A program made the translations under genes and the position numbers. This document shows positions 24,848 through 37,459 of a DNA stretch of 64,000 bases, in pieces. The stretch comes from Zootoca vivipara. Lineage: Eukaryota. Each line of letters starts with the position of its first letter. Position 1 is the stretch's first letter. Under the pieces are notes generated by a model, which saw nothing but the letters and a program-made list of their open reading frames with translations, did not search any database and was not told where the DNA came from. The stretch is taken from contig NC_083282.1 of NCBI RefSeq assembly GCF_963506605.1, positions 33,914,001-33,978,000 of the forward strand, given 5' to 3'.

Positions 24848-26471
24848 GGGGCGAAGCCAAATGCTTATGTGTCCTAGCCGGGCTAATGGAGAACACTTCA
24901 CGGTATCACATTTCTTTCTACTGCAGCTGTTTAAATAGCTGATAAAGGAAGGAAATTTTCAGAGGAGCTACAGCAGTATATCAGCTACTGTATATCAGAT
25001 TACTGGCAGCAATCCTTTTAAGCGCATCTGTTATGTGCATGACCACAAACACAGACATCATGCTGAACCCAGAATGGACCCAAAAATGATACAAAAAGGA
25101 GTGGGGCAAGACATGCTTGCGCGGGCTCTGCCAACATGTGCAGGGGTCCAGAACATAACCCCCCCCACACACACAAATTGGTTGCTCCCTGTGCCTGGAA
25201 GTTCCAGTAACATTAATGGGCATGTGAAAAGAGGCACAGCACAGAGGAGAGACCATGTACAATGGCCATGCAGAAGGATGGGATGGATCATGGCCACTGC
25301 TTACGGGTCCTGACTTGTGTGTGCACAGACACATGGTGAATGCACATAAACCAGGAGGCAGTACAGTGGGCATGACACTCTTCCCCTTCATACGCTCGTT
25401 GCACACAGTTTTCAATGCTATGAAAAAAGCTTTAGGATTCATTTCACCTTAATAAGGAAATCCACACAGCAGAGTTAAGCTGAAAATGTCAAAGGTCTTG
25501 TATTTTGCAGCAAAATGTGAAATTTCAGGGAGTGCAAGGTTCACTCTGAAAGAGCGACGCTCCTCTAGAAAAAGCAGGTCCTTTGTTGGAAAGCTGCTAT
25601 CCCTCAACTTCCTGTCAATGAAGTTGCAAAAGGAAGGGAGGGATCTTGCTGAACTGTGGCATATCTTTGCCGATCATTTTGCTTAAACTGATGCTGCAAC
25701 TCTCACTTTAACAAAGTGATCTGAACCACAACATATCTGAATCTTGATCTTGTCCCACCCTTGGAAAGAGATAGTGTGGACTGTAATCCACTGAGGTTAA
25801 GAACACACAGAGAGCTACGCTTTCCCCTAAAAGAACATCAACATGGATGCAGGAGAAGACTTTCCATGGGGAAAGAGACCTACATTTTGGCTCATTCCCA
25901 CCACAAAGCCAATTCTCTTAATTACTTTCCCTCTTTTCATTATTACATTTTTATGCACTATTAGATTGCTTGCACCCTTTTTGCACCTCCATTCATCCTC
26001 TGAGAAATCTCTGAGTCACAAGGTTCATATTTTCAGCAGTGAAAGAACAAAGGATGATTTAATTTTAGGGAATATTGGTCCCAAGAGGGTTATACAGGCT
26101 TGAAGCTATTATTTTGCAACTATTTATTTTCATGCACAAAGTCCAAAGGGAACAGTTTCCTGGTTTTCAAAGAGGAAAAGATCAAAGTATACATCACAAG
26201 GAGGTAAATTTTGATGTGTCTGTTGGAAATTCAGCCCAACCTCTCAAAATGAGACTGAACAATAGACTCAACAGTTACAATAGTCCCACATGTATTTATG
26301 CAATACTGTACCTAATGACACTACTGACATGGACCAATATCCTCATGAATTCTTAGGTGCTCTAGCAAATAATAGCTTGCTATGAAGGTTCAAAAGGCAT
26401 GGATGGATGGATGGATGGATATAGATACGGTATATAGATTCAAATATATAGATATAGATATATAATTCCGA

Positions 26472-26668
26472 GTACAGGTAGGTAGCCGTGTTGGTCTGCC
26501 ATAGCCGAAACAAAATAAAAAAATTCCTTCCAGTAGCACCTTAAGGGACGAACTAAGTTTGTCATTGGTATGAGCTTTTCGTGTTTCAGTATATCTGAAG
26601 AAGTTTGCATGTACACGAAAGCTCATACCAATGACAAACTTAGTTGGTCTCTAAGGTGCTACTGGAAG
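26472..26668. mobile_element. Penelope-like element terminal remnant (inverted arms) with hammerhead ribozyme motif
   Basis: Inverted arms 26527-26584 and 26613-26668; core CTGAAGA (26595-26601), a stem II-like segment, then GAAAGCTC-ATAC. Confidence 0.6.
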
Positions 26669-29236
26669 ATATATTTTTTAAAATAATTCCAAGTAGTTAA
26701 GCTATCATCGTTAAACAGACCAATTCAGAATCTGCTCCCAGATCAAAACATCCTTGCCTTTGGAAAGCAGGCCTAATGGGGAAATGGTTCTAACCTAGCT
26801 TCCTTCTTGCTATAACAGATTTCCATGTGCAGCGATCATTTATGTTTAAAAAAATTAAATGTGGGGAAGTATCCAATTATGTGATTTTCCACTGGCACCC
26901 TGAAGTGGTATGGTACCCAGAAGATTGTCCTGGATGATTCTATGTAGCTTTCACATGAAGTCTAAGGGTGATTTCATATAGTCAGGCATGGGGAACCAAT
27001 AGCACTCCAGATGTTGCTGGACTCCACTTCTAATAAGCCAGCATGGCCAAAGGTCAGGGATGATCAAAGTTTTAGTCCAGCAAGATCTGAGGACCAGAGG
27101 TCCTCTATTCCTCCTTTAGTTTGTTAGGAACATAGACAGAATAGGTTGAGCTGGACAACTGATGAAGCAGCTGGCTAAATTATGGACTTTGTTTATATTT
27201 CAGTCCCTAGGCCTTCAATTGTGAATTGATGGCATCCCAGAAAATGTAGATGAAGTGTGTGCAGGATTTAAACTGAATGAATGAGATGACAATTTCACTA
27301 TGAGCCCCAGCCAGTCCTGAAACATTTGATCTACATCCCTAGCTGCATGCACCCTTACTTTTCAAAGATGCAGTAACCAGCACACTTTTAGATGAAGAGC
27401 CAATATAGATGAACTCTAGGTAGCATATTTATAATTATGAGATTGTTCCTACTTACTGGCTGTGGCAAGTCATTTGTTAGGGGTGCCACAATTTATGTTT
27501 TGCAATGGTATTCAAGAGACACAGCACCTGTTTCCACAAGTATTCTGCAACTATGCAACATTGCAGACTCACTAGAAACCATTTTGTGCTTGCACCTTGA
27601 AAAAATTTATGCAGATCAGTTATATTTGTCTTGAAATGTAAAATTCAATAAAAGTACGGTTCCACACAGGACAACTAGTATGCACTAGATGGAATGGATG
27701 TGTAGAATAATAGAAGCATCACATTTGGCCCTGGCCACTGATGCAAATGAAATGGAAAAAAAACACAGGATAGGCATATAAATCTACATCCCGATAACAG
27801 CAAAATATGATATTTTAACACCATTCATACCTTTGCATATATGTGATGTTTGTACACAAATAGTTTGAACTGAACTAACATGAGGCATCGTCAGGAATTT
27901 TATGAAGTTTTGTGACAAATCTTTCATGAACTACAGAATCTGGATTGTTGTGGGAGGGAAGAATTATTTTTATAATTAAGATTAACCATTCACTTTAAAG
28001 AAGCTAATGGGATAACCCAATTTTGATAGCTGCAGTGCTTCTGGGGAGTTTCCTTAGACTAAATTGTTCTCTATTATAAGCTGCTACCTGTATTATACCA
28101 GGCTTTTTCTCAGGTTTTTTTTTCAATTAAATTCCTAATTCCTGGCATAGAATTTGCCTTCTTTACAGTTGCTTTACAAAGGCCCAATGTCTTCATCCAA
28201 CTATGCACGATGGCCCTAAAATCTTGTTTCTGGTGAGAAACTGACACCATGAGCATATATGTGAAATGAATATTTTTTTCGCCCAGGCGTTCATCACTTT
28301 ATCCTTATTTCCATTGAACTGCATTTGCCCATTCGTACATATTGGAGAGTTTTGGAGCTCTTCCCAATCCCCTTTTAATTAATTATGATAATTTATTATT
28401 TAAACCCCGCCCATCTGACTGGGTTTCCCCAGCCATTCTGGCTTCCAACAGACATTAAAATCTATTAAACAATTAAAGCTTCCCTTTTGTTTCACTGGGG
28501 TACGTCACATACTTTAATTGTATGATGTGTGGTAAGCAGTTATTAAAAACTATTTGGTTTTACCTCTTTTTCTGTCTCCCAAAGTCCCAAGGATATATTT
28601 GTCACATTAACCATCAAGGTGTAATTTAGTTTCATCATCTCAGTAGTGCTTGGGTTGTCACTGCTTATTGCCCATGTTATAAATTCAGCTGGTACCACTG
28701 TAATACATCTTTAAGTGTCACTTCTCCAAGTGCAAAAGGTAAATGTTTCAGTAGGACACATAAGCTAGCTGCCCTCAATAAATAGGTCATTTGCAGTTAT
28801 GATAGCAACGTGTCAAATTATTCAATCTTGTATTTAACCCACAGCTTGGTCTAAATCCTTATTTATAGTACATCTTTAAAATCCATTAGATGTACAGAAG
28901 AGTAACCAAGTGGCCCTGATCCACTTATAATCTCATGCAAGAAACTCCTGTAGGATTAGACAAATACTTTGGAAAGTGAAGTTGCCCACCTGCCATTGCT
29001 GTACATTAGATGTACATACGTGTAATGCTAAAGTATATTTGAATGTGAATCCCTCAGCAATCTGCCCATGTGGTTCTGAATGTGCATTCCTATGCAATTT
29101 GTCCAGGTAGTTTTAGATCAAGCAAAGAAATTATAAAGGATATAAGTTGTTTCTCCATAGCTATTCTTCTTGATAGAATTAGGCAAGTGTAATTTTTCAC
29201 CAAACTTTCATTTTATGCTTTATTTACACCATAGAA

Positions 29237-29490
29237 CAGGGGTCAGCAAACTTTTTCAGCAGGGGGCTGGTCCACTGTCCCTCAGACCTTATTGGGGGGG
29301 GGAGACTCTATTTTGAAGGGGTGTGTGTGAACAAATTCCTATGCCCCACAAATAACCCAGAGATGCATTTTAAATAGAAGCACACATTCTACTCATGTAA
29401 AAACACACTGATTCCCAGACCGTCCGCGGGCCGGATTTAGAAGGTGATTGGGCTGGATCCGGCCCCCGGGCCTTAGTTTGCCTACTCATG
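29237..29490. mobile_element. hAT-type MITE
   Basis: Ends CAGGGGTCAGCAAACT / AGTTTGCCTACTCATG; imperfect 8-bp TSD CCATAGAA / CCATAGTC. Confidence 0.7.
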
Positions 29491-29505
29491 CCATAGTCCA
29501 ACCCC

Positions 29506-29830
29506 CTACACAATGCAGGCTGCGTAATGCACGAAGCATTTCCTGTGTCCCCAATGGATAGCCACAACCTCCCAAGACAGTATGTTCCAGTCCTTACTGT
29601 TATAACAGTCTAGAACTGTTCTTGCCATTAGGTGGCCTCTCCCAATGCTTAGCCAAAATCTGCTCCCTTGTAATTTCCACCCATTGGTTCTAGTTCTACT
29701 CTCTGGAACAAAAGAGAACAAGTTCATCCCATCTTCTGCATGAGGGCCCTGAAGATATTTGAAGACTGTTACTCAAATGCTGGCTGACCAGCAGAAAAAT
29801 AGGGTAGAACTATTACTTCTTGTGACCTGG
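29506..29830 (-). mobile_element. Old CR1 LINE 3' fragment
   Basis: Translation LFSFVPESRTRTNGWKLQGSRFWLSI resembles the CR1 ORF2 C-terminus (LFSAAPEKRTRSNGFKLQERKFHLNI in the young copy at 47.8 kb). Confidence 0.7.
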
Positions 29831-31649
29831 AAGCTATGCTTCTGTTTATGTTACCTGCATTTGCTTTTTTTAATCATCATGCAGTATATTCTCCTTGTAT
29901 AAAGTGATTTGCAATCCTTAATCATCCTCACAGCCATTCAATAAGATAGATAATTCTTATTCACATCTTACAGATGTAGAGTTGAGACCTAGACCACAGG
30001 ACCATTTTCACTGGTGAGCAGTCTAAGACTCAAAAGCAGTATTTATCCAGGTTATCACCCTGGCTTGTTCTGGAATTGACACTTGACCTGGAAGAACAAT
30101 TAAAGAACAGTTAAAGTCGGGTCATATTTAGTCACTCTGAGGTAATTAATGCACAAGTGGTCTTAAACAGACCATAGGCATTCATATCTCCCCACTCTTT
30201 CACATCCAGATTCATAGCACAACAACAAACAAAAAAGATTATAGACTTGCAGTTCATAGCAGGTGCAAATAGTTCAAAACATCATTCACAGGGGCATGTT
30301 CGCCTTGTGTTTTTAAGCAACCTTTGCCATTGCTGTGTGCAGCATGAACAAATGGATCAAAACCACAAGGCTGTAAATTCTCATGTAGGGAGAACTAGCA
30401 TGTATGTAAGCAAATCATTGTTATGGATGTATAGCAAGTTCCATATTTCTCCCTCCCACTTTCTTCCTGAATAAGCAGCAGCCATGGGAAGCTGAAATGG
30501 AAAATGAAAAGGAGAGGCTGCTTAATCCTAACCATTCTTGCCATTTGCTGAAAACTGCTCTTTTAACCTGGGCTTTCCCTGCCAGGGGGAGATTCTGAGG
30601 AAATAAGCAGTAGAAAAGGAAATCATTTTTCAGCCCCTCCCTGTTCTGGTTCTCTGCTCAAAGCTTTGGTTTCCTAGCTGCTCAACAAGGAAGAAGAATT
30701 AGAGAATTGCCCATCATGTGTAGTTTTGGCCCTTAGGCAACTAATAAAAGCTACTTGCGTAAATTCTGTCTTGTAGCCTATTCATGCCATCCCTTTTAGA
30801 CAGGTACAAAGTACATCTATTATAGCTTTAATAGTACAAAATGTCATTGTACAAATTGTGCAGTGAATATGAAGAGTATTAATAAATAAGAGCTAAGAAT
30901 GAAAAGCTCATTGTTAATATCACAATTATACAACTCCAAATACTAATCAAAATATGAAAATAAACTCAGACGTTGAAATGTATTTTGATGCTCAGCACAT
31001 CAAAGTGAGAAGTAGGGTTAAGGCACTGGGGTTTTGTAGCCTTGAAATTTTATTATTTTATACTGTTATGTTTTTATTGCTTAGGGACAAACAGAGATAG
31101 ACAGAACCAGCAAAATTTCAGAGTACGCTGTGAATAAATCAATTCAAAATAGTCAAGATAAAATTACATGGCTAAGTAAAATTAATTGGTTCAAGTGTGT
31201 ACCAATTATGAAGCAATCATCATGGAAATAACAGTATCAATTAACATAAAATTGCCTGTTTAGTTGTTGAATGAATGTGAGTGGTTACATGGTGTTATAT
31301 TTAATATCAGTGTTATGAATTGTATGAGCTGTGATGTTTCTTTACAAACAACAACAGGGAATTTAAACCTGAAATTTCGTTTTTGCTCAGAACCGTGAGG
31401 TATGTACAGGAAAAACAATGGTTATTTCAACATGTGCAGAGCAGGTTAAAAAGAGAGAGGATGACATTTTCTTCCAAGTCTGAAGCCCATGGGCACACCA
31501 TGGAGATCTGCTATAGTGCCCGCCAGGTAATCCTATCTTCTCTATGTTGCAATTATCAAACAGACAGCTGTCCCCTCTCTGCTAGTTTTTAATCAGCCAT
31601 AAGGGGCAAGGGTAGAGAGCACAAGTGGTTGCCCTGACTGATCCAAGCA

Positions 31650-31775
31650 CTGGGTTGCCATACATGTTGAATTTCCTGGGCATATATGGAATACTGCATC
31701 CATCAGCGTAAAATCCATGTTGGCAGTGTCAAATTTGCTGTTTGGATTTTCACTGTTTGAAATATGGCAACCCTA
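31650..31775. mobile_element. hAT-type MITE
   Basis: Ends (CT)GGGTTGCCATA / TATGGCAACCCTA with perfect 8-bp TSD TCCAAGCA. A related end occurs at about 20560-20572. Confidence 0.7.
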
Positions 31776-31989
31776 TCCAAGCACCTTTCCCACATTCTTG
31801 AGCCTTGCTAACTGAAACTTATCCAGCATAACAAGACTAGACAGTGCTCTGGACGTAACTCGGGATTCACGTGCTGTAACAGATGTAAGCCATTCTGTCC
31901 TAAAAATGCTTTGCAAACAAGTCACAGCATGCTACTGTTGTTCTGTCAACTGCCTAAGGCCAGACTTTAAAAGGCCTGCATTACCCAGA

Positions 31990-33170
31990 AAACCTATGTC
32001 AGGCGGCATAGTGAGGATGCAGTGGAGGTAGCAAAGCATGCCTTCGTTCCTGTCCCTTCACTGCCAAGAGGTAGGCTCAATGATAAGCCCTCACCATTGT
32101 TTGGTTGGATCTTTCCTCCACTTGCAGTTGCGTCCAGCGTGTTTCCTCGCCCTAAGCTCTGGAGTATACCAGGGAGCCAAATGGGCTCCATGAAGCAGAA
32201 GGAGCAGGTCAGGGGCAATTGCATCAACGGTTCAAGCCATTCAGATGTTCCAGAGGTCAGGCAGGACCAGGGCAGTCTCGAGCAGGTCGGCCGCCCTGGC
32301 GCTGAGGGGCGGAGATCGCTCCGGCGCCCCCGCCCTCGCAGGGCGCAGCATGGTTTCCGCGCGGCTTCGCCCCTCGGTGCCCTGCCTACCGGCCCGGCGC
32401 CCTGGCGCACCACGCCACCGGGGGTCTACCTAGAGCCGGCCCTGGGCAGGACTTTGACAGGAGCACAAGTCAGCCAGAAAATCCACCAGAGCCGCCTGGA
32501 AGCCCACTCGATCCATCAGCCTCCAAGGGCAAACCATCCTCATGCAGAGGGGGGGAGATGCTGAAAGCCTAAATCTCAACAGGAAGCGATCTGACCATGA
32601 CCAGAGACTGATTTCAATGCTCCCTTCTTTCAGATCACCCTCTACCTGTGCAGTTGAGAAAACAAGGTCCAGAGTGTGGCTTGCCACATATGTTGGACCG
32701 GTGACATGTTGAGACATGGCAGCCATGAAGTCCTGAGCCACCCCAGAGCCACTCGCCTCAGCATGGATGTTAGTCCTCCAAAACCAGCAGTCTGGGAGTC
32801 CACAACACCACCTCCGAGCCCAGCTCTGTAAGCTTAGGCAACGAGAAAGCTGAGCAGCGAGGCAGGAAGTAAGACAGCAGAATCCCTAATCTGTCCTGAT
32901 TGCCCAATGCTAGGAACACACACTTTAGATTCCCCCAACTGTACAGATAACAGGGAGAGGGAGAGAATTTCTGTAGAACATAGCAACTTCCCCTCCTCCT
33001 CCCTCAAGTCTGCCCTGATGCCAACCTGAGTACCCAGATGGGCACAGCTCAGTGTGACCAACTCCAACCTGCTCACCCACCCAAGTCTCAGTGATATAAA
33101 CCAGATCAACCTCCTCATCCATAATCAAATTGTGGATGAGGGAGGTCTTACTCAGAGTTGACCTGCAACC
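31990..33170 (-). mobile_element. Degenerate L2/CR1-group LINE fragment (AP endonuclease region)
   Basis: Frameshifted peptides DLVYITETWV, GGGEVAMFYR, PTYVASHTLDLVFS and WSDRFL match APE-type endonuclease motifs; interrupted by a MITE. Confidence 0.7.
32268..32444. mobile_element. GC-rich hAT-type MITE nested in the LINE fragment
   Basis: Ends CAGGGCAGTCTCGAG / CTAGAGCCGGCCCTG with perfect 8-bp TSD GGCAGGAC (32260-32267, 32445-32452). Confidence 0.8.
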
Positions 33171-35455
33171 CCATGAGTTGCCATAGATGCCAGTTTTCTC
33201 ATACCTCTTTTACCTTTGAAATTGTCAAGCAGAGGCTAGGCAGCACACTTCAGATGGATATAGTTGCTGTCCCATAGACTTAAGCACCCTTCTTCATTTT
33301 AAATGTTTGAAGACCCAATAAGCATAAACTGATACACCAGCCTTCTTATTCACAAAGCAGTTGATTTGAGAATATGTCTTCTAAGCAGACAAAATTAAAT
33401 TAAGTTCAGGGGAGAAAGAAAAAGTAGGGAACCAATATTTTGGACCCAACAAAAACCCAACTACTGTTACTATTGGAGATAATGAAATACATTCACACTA
33501 AATGGAAAACAGTTTTTCTAAAATGCTACCCAACAAGTGAAGAGATAAATTTGCAGAAGCAGCAATTTCAATGTAACTTTCACATGTGATATTTGCAAGT
33601 AGTGTGATTTACAATCATGACGAACCAAAGCACTTCAGAGGCATGGATTACTGTAGTGGAGACATAAAAGCTGGGGAAATAAAGTTTCACAAAATGTATC
33701 TGTAGATGAGAGATTTCTGTCAAATATGCTCCTTGGGGTAAAAAGTAGTTGCCAAATATTAGTATTTATTAAGCATCAGTTTGTTACGTGTCATACAAAA
33801 CTCAGCAGCAGATGACAGACTCAGAGGGGCTACAATTTAAGGATCGACTAGGGACTACATTACAGTACAATAAAGTTGGAGATTGATAATTACTTAGGAT
33901 GCAGGTTTGCAAAGGCAGCAGATTTCTTTAGGCAGTAGTTTAAAGAAGAGGATGGGAGATCAAACTACTGCTGACTGCTTGGGACTCTCATTTTTTAGTA
34001 AACTAAACATCACCTGTCTCACTTTCTGTATTACACTGCTTTATCCAAACAGAGTGAATCTGTCAAGTTTCTAAAACTGCAACCAAGAGGGTCCACCACA
34101 CGACATTGGCTTGTTTTCAACAGATAGCAACGGTGTCATCAGCACAATGGCAGTGGCTTAATGTAAACATTAAACACTATGAATTACAATTACCAAATAG
34201 GATATGCTGTTTAATATGGTGGAGAGCCATTCCAAATCACAGCTAGATAGACCAACGAACTAATTTGGTATAAATCAGCTTCCTATGCTCCGGTTTTGAG
34301 AGCTTCATGTAGCACCAAATTTATGGTCATAGTGCAGGCTGCCCAATGATGCTCAGTTTGCATTTGGCATCTGGGCAACAACTGTGCCTTTATAAGCAAT
34401 TGCACAGTTAGTACAAAAGGGCATCCCATCCCATCTTGCAGATCTCACATGAATGCAGGCTGACTCCTCCCTCTGCTGGGCCTAGACAAGGGGTCACGTG
34501 CACTGGGACACGGCACCAGTACAACGATTTCCTTTGCCTTATGTTCTCCCACACTTAAAATTTTCATATAGAGGATGGTCCCTCCTCTGACTCCTTTTCC
34601 ATACTCATCCGTATCCAGCATGCAATCCTTTTCCTTTGTGAAACACAACAATGGAATCCTCTGGAAACAGTTATTCAAAGAACTCTTATGCTGAAATATA
34701 AAGGCTTTCAGCTTACCGTTGCTAATATGCCCTACAAGTCTAGCAGCACCAACTACCAGGCTTCTAACCTTAAAAACCAACTTCTATTTAGGATGCAAAT
34801 TGGCTTCAAATGTATTACAAACTTGAGCTTTGCAGAAATCCAAACAAATATCCTGCCTTGCCATAGATATTCATCAGCTTCTGATAGTGACACAGATGCA
34901 GTTGCTGGGATGGGATTTCATCACCATCTTTTTTTGGAGAGGGAGGGTTGGGGATAAACCTTTTCACAATCTGCAGGATCCTGTCCCCCTCACTTAGTTC
35001 CTCAGGCTTCCTCTTTACCACCTACTTCTCATTCACTCCCTTTCTTCTACTCCTCCTCCCACAAACGGGCAATTACAGGAAAATACCCAACACTTTGTGG
35101 CTTATTCCCCTTGCCTTGAATAAACGTATTCTGTCAATGCTGAAAGGAGTCTTTGTCAAAGAAATCCAATTAGAAACTAAGAAATCAATCCAGCTTTTTG
35201 GTAATTTGCACCATCTGCTCTTATTGTTCTTGCTGCTGAAGTTTTGCTGTTTTTCTGCTGGGTTTGTTTACAGGTTATTGAAATTGCTTTATTGAACAGG
35301 CTTTATTGACATGTGGTTGTTTTTGTTTGTCTGTCTGTTTGTTTGTTTATGTGATGCCTCTTTGGCACCTGATGAAGACCTTTTAAAAACTATATTTTAT
35401 AGTCTAGGGCTCTCAGATTCAACCATAAGAGAGTCAAGGTAAGAAGGGGTAGGAC

Positions 35456-35591
35456 CAGGCACCCCCAAACTGCGGCCCTCCAGATGTTTTGGCCTACAAC
35501 TCCAATGATCTCTAGCTAACAGGACCAATGGTCGGGGAAGATGGGAATTGTAGTCCAAAACATCTGGAGGGCCAATGTTTGGGGGTGCCTG
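35456..35591. mobile_element. Palindromic hAT-type MITE (about 135 bp)
   Basis: TIRs CAGGCACCCCCAAAC / GTTTGGGGGTGCCTG; perfect TSD GGTAGGAC; same core as 8233-8367. Confidence 0.85.
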
Positions 35592-35961
35592 GGTAGGACT
35601 AACCTGTGTGTGATTTTGCCCTAGTGACAAGACTTAGCATTTTGGCCATTTTTAAAATTCTCAAGCCTGAGGTATAAGGCATTTCCTATTTTGAGAGATT
35701 TGCCTATATTTTTTATGAGCTGATTATGCGAGATTTAAAAATATATGGAAACTGATCAAATTCAAACCAAAAAAATGTAGACAATTCTTACCTACAGACA
35801 GAAATTGTTTACTTAACAATGCAAGTGCTTCAATAAGACTATTCTAAATCATGAAATCACTAGCATTAGAAGGCATCTCAAGGCAGCCCTGTTTAGGGAA
35901 GTTTTTAATGTTTGATGGATTTCTATATTTTAGTATATTGTTGGGAGCCACCCAGAGTGGC

Positions 35962-35994
35962 TATTATTATTATTAATATTATTATTATTAATTA

Positions 35995-36030
<36 letters not shown>
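35962..36030. repeat. (ATT)n microsatellite
   Basis: Interrupted TAT/ATT run at the end of a short retroposon-like tail (GGGAGCCACCCAGAGTGGCT). Confidence 0.85.
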
Positions 36031-36031
<1 letters not shown>

Positions 36032-37459
36032 GCAGGAAATCATAGGCTTTGTGAATACAAGAAATCAAACCACTGTACATATTTGCTTTTTAAAGGCAGG
36101 CTGAAATGTCAGAGATGAAAGCCCTATTCAGATGCGCTAAAAGTGTGCAAGATCAATGTCTGCTTGGGAGTGTGCATGTGTGAATGCTGCCTTTCCCTAA
36201 TGTGCAGACAGGTTCTTTATCCACAGAGCCAATTTGGATGGAGACAGGGATTCCCTGGGTTAGGTCTATACATGTTTAGGCAATATTGTTTTATTTATTC
36301 AAAATATTTTTATCTTGCTGTTCTGTCTACTGAAGGAATTTGAGGTGGTTCACATAAAATATAATATAATAAAACATGCAAAACTAAATCAGCAGAGGCA
36401 CAGATCAAAAACAATATCCACAAAAGAAGATTGATCCACTACCTGGGTCCGCCACTTTTTAAAATAGCAGTGCCTTGGCAACATGGCACCAAAAACAAGC
36501 ACAGAGGGGAACCAGGTGCAAAAAATTACAGAGCTTCAGTGCTACTTTTGACAAGACTCTCAAGCCTAGCTTGATTATAGGCCCAAACAATTAACTGCTG
36601 AGAGAAACATGTAGTCAATTAAAGCTGGTCCCCCCGCCCGCCAATAGCTGTTTTCCTACAAAATTAAAGTTAACCGGCACCAAATATGGGCAATTCCCCA
36701 AGACGGATTAAAAAAACAACTGCTTGCAGATGGGCAACAACTTTTATAGATAGCAGAATAGTTGTACTATGATGTTAGTTATGTGAAGTATATTTAAGGT
36801 ACATAAACCATTAGGGGGTATTCCTTTAACTTAGAAGGCTAAAAGGGTCGTATCGGTATTTGCAGATCACAAGGACCAATCAATAACTGGTTGAGATTAG
36901 GCAGAGGCTGACTTAACGGAAAGGAAAGATGCATTCGCTTTACCTAGTTTATAAGAGAAAAATATTTCCAGAGCCATCAAACTTAGCTTTCTCAATCTTC
37001 ATCAGGTGCCCTTCAAACATTTTGAGTTATAACTTTATTGGCCCCAGCCAGCATGGCCAATGACTGGGGATAATGGGAGTTGTAATCCAGAACATCTGGA
37101 GGGCACCATGTTGGCTAACTAACTTACAAGATCCATTTCAGACCACAACATTTCATGCTCATATGAAACTCGGTCATTCTAGTACACTTTCTTTTTCTTA
37201 TAAATTTATCCCCAGAGGTGAATTAGAGGTAACAAGATATGTGGAGCAATTCCATAGAAAAGGTTTAAAAAGCTATCCTTCCATTCAGGGAAGAGCCCCT
37301 TCTGTGAGGGAAGGGATTGGTAACCTGTAGAGTTTCTGCAAAGGGAAGGGAGAGCGAGGTGATTTTGCTGATTCTCCTCCACTTCTCTGCAGTACCTTCC
37401 CATGGTTCAAGAGGTTCAACAATGCTCTGGAACACTTTTTTGGGGTACTAAAAACAACT

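Noticed and set aside
31994-32564. 139-aa and 180-aa ORFs suggesting a hidden gene or CpG-island promoter
   Set aside because: Explained by a GC-rich MITE with TSD nested in a LINE remnant.
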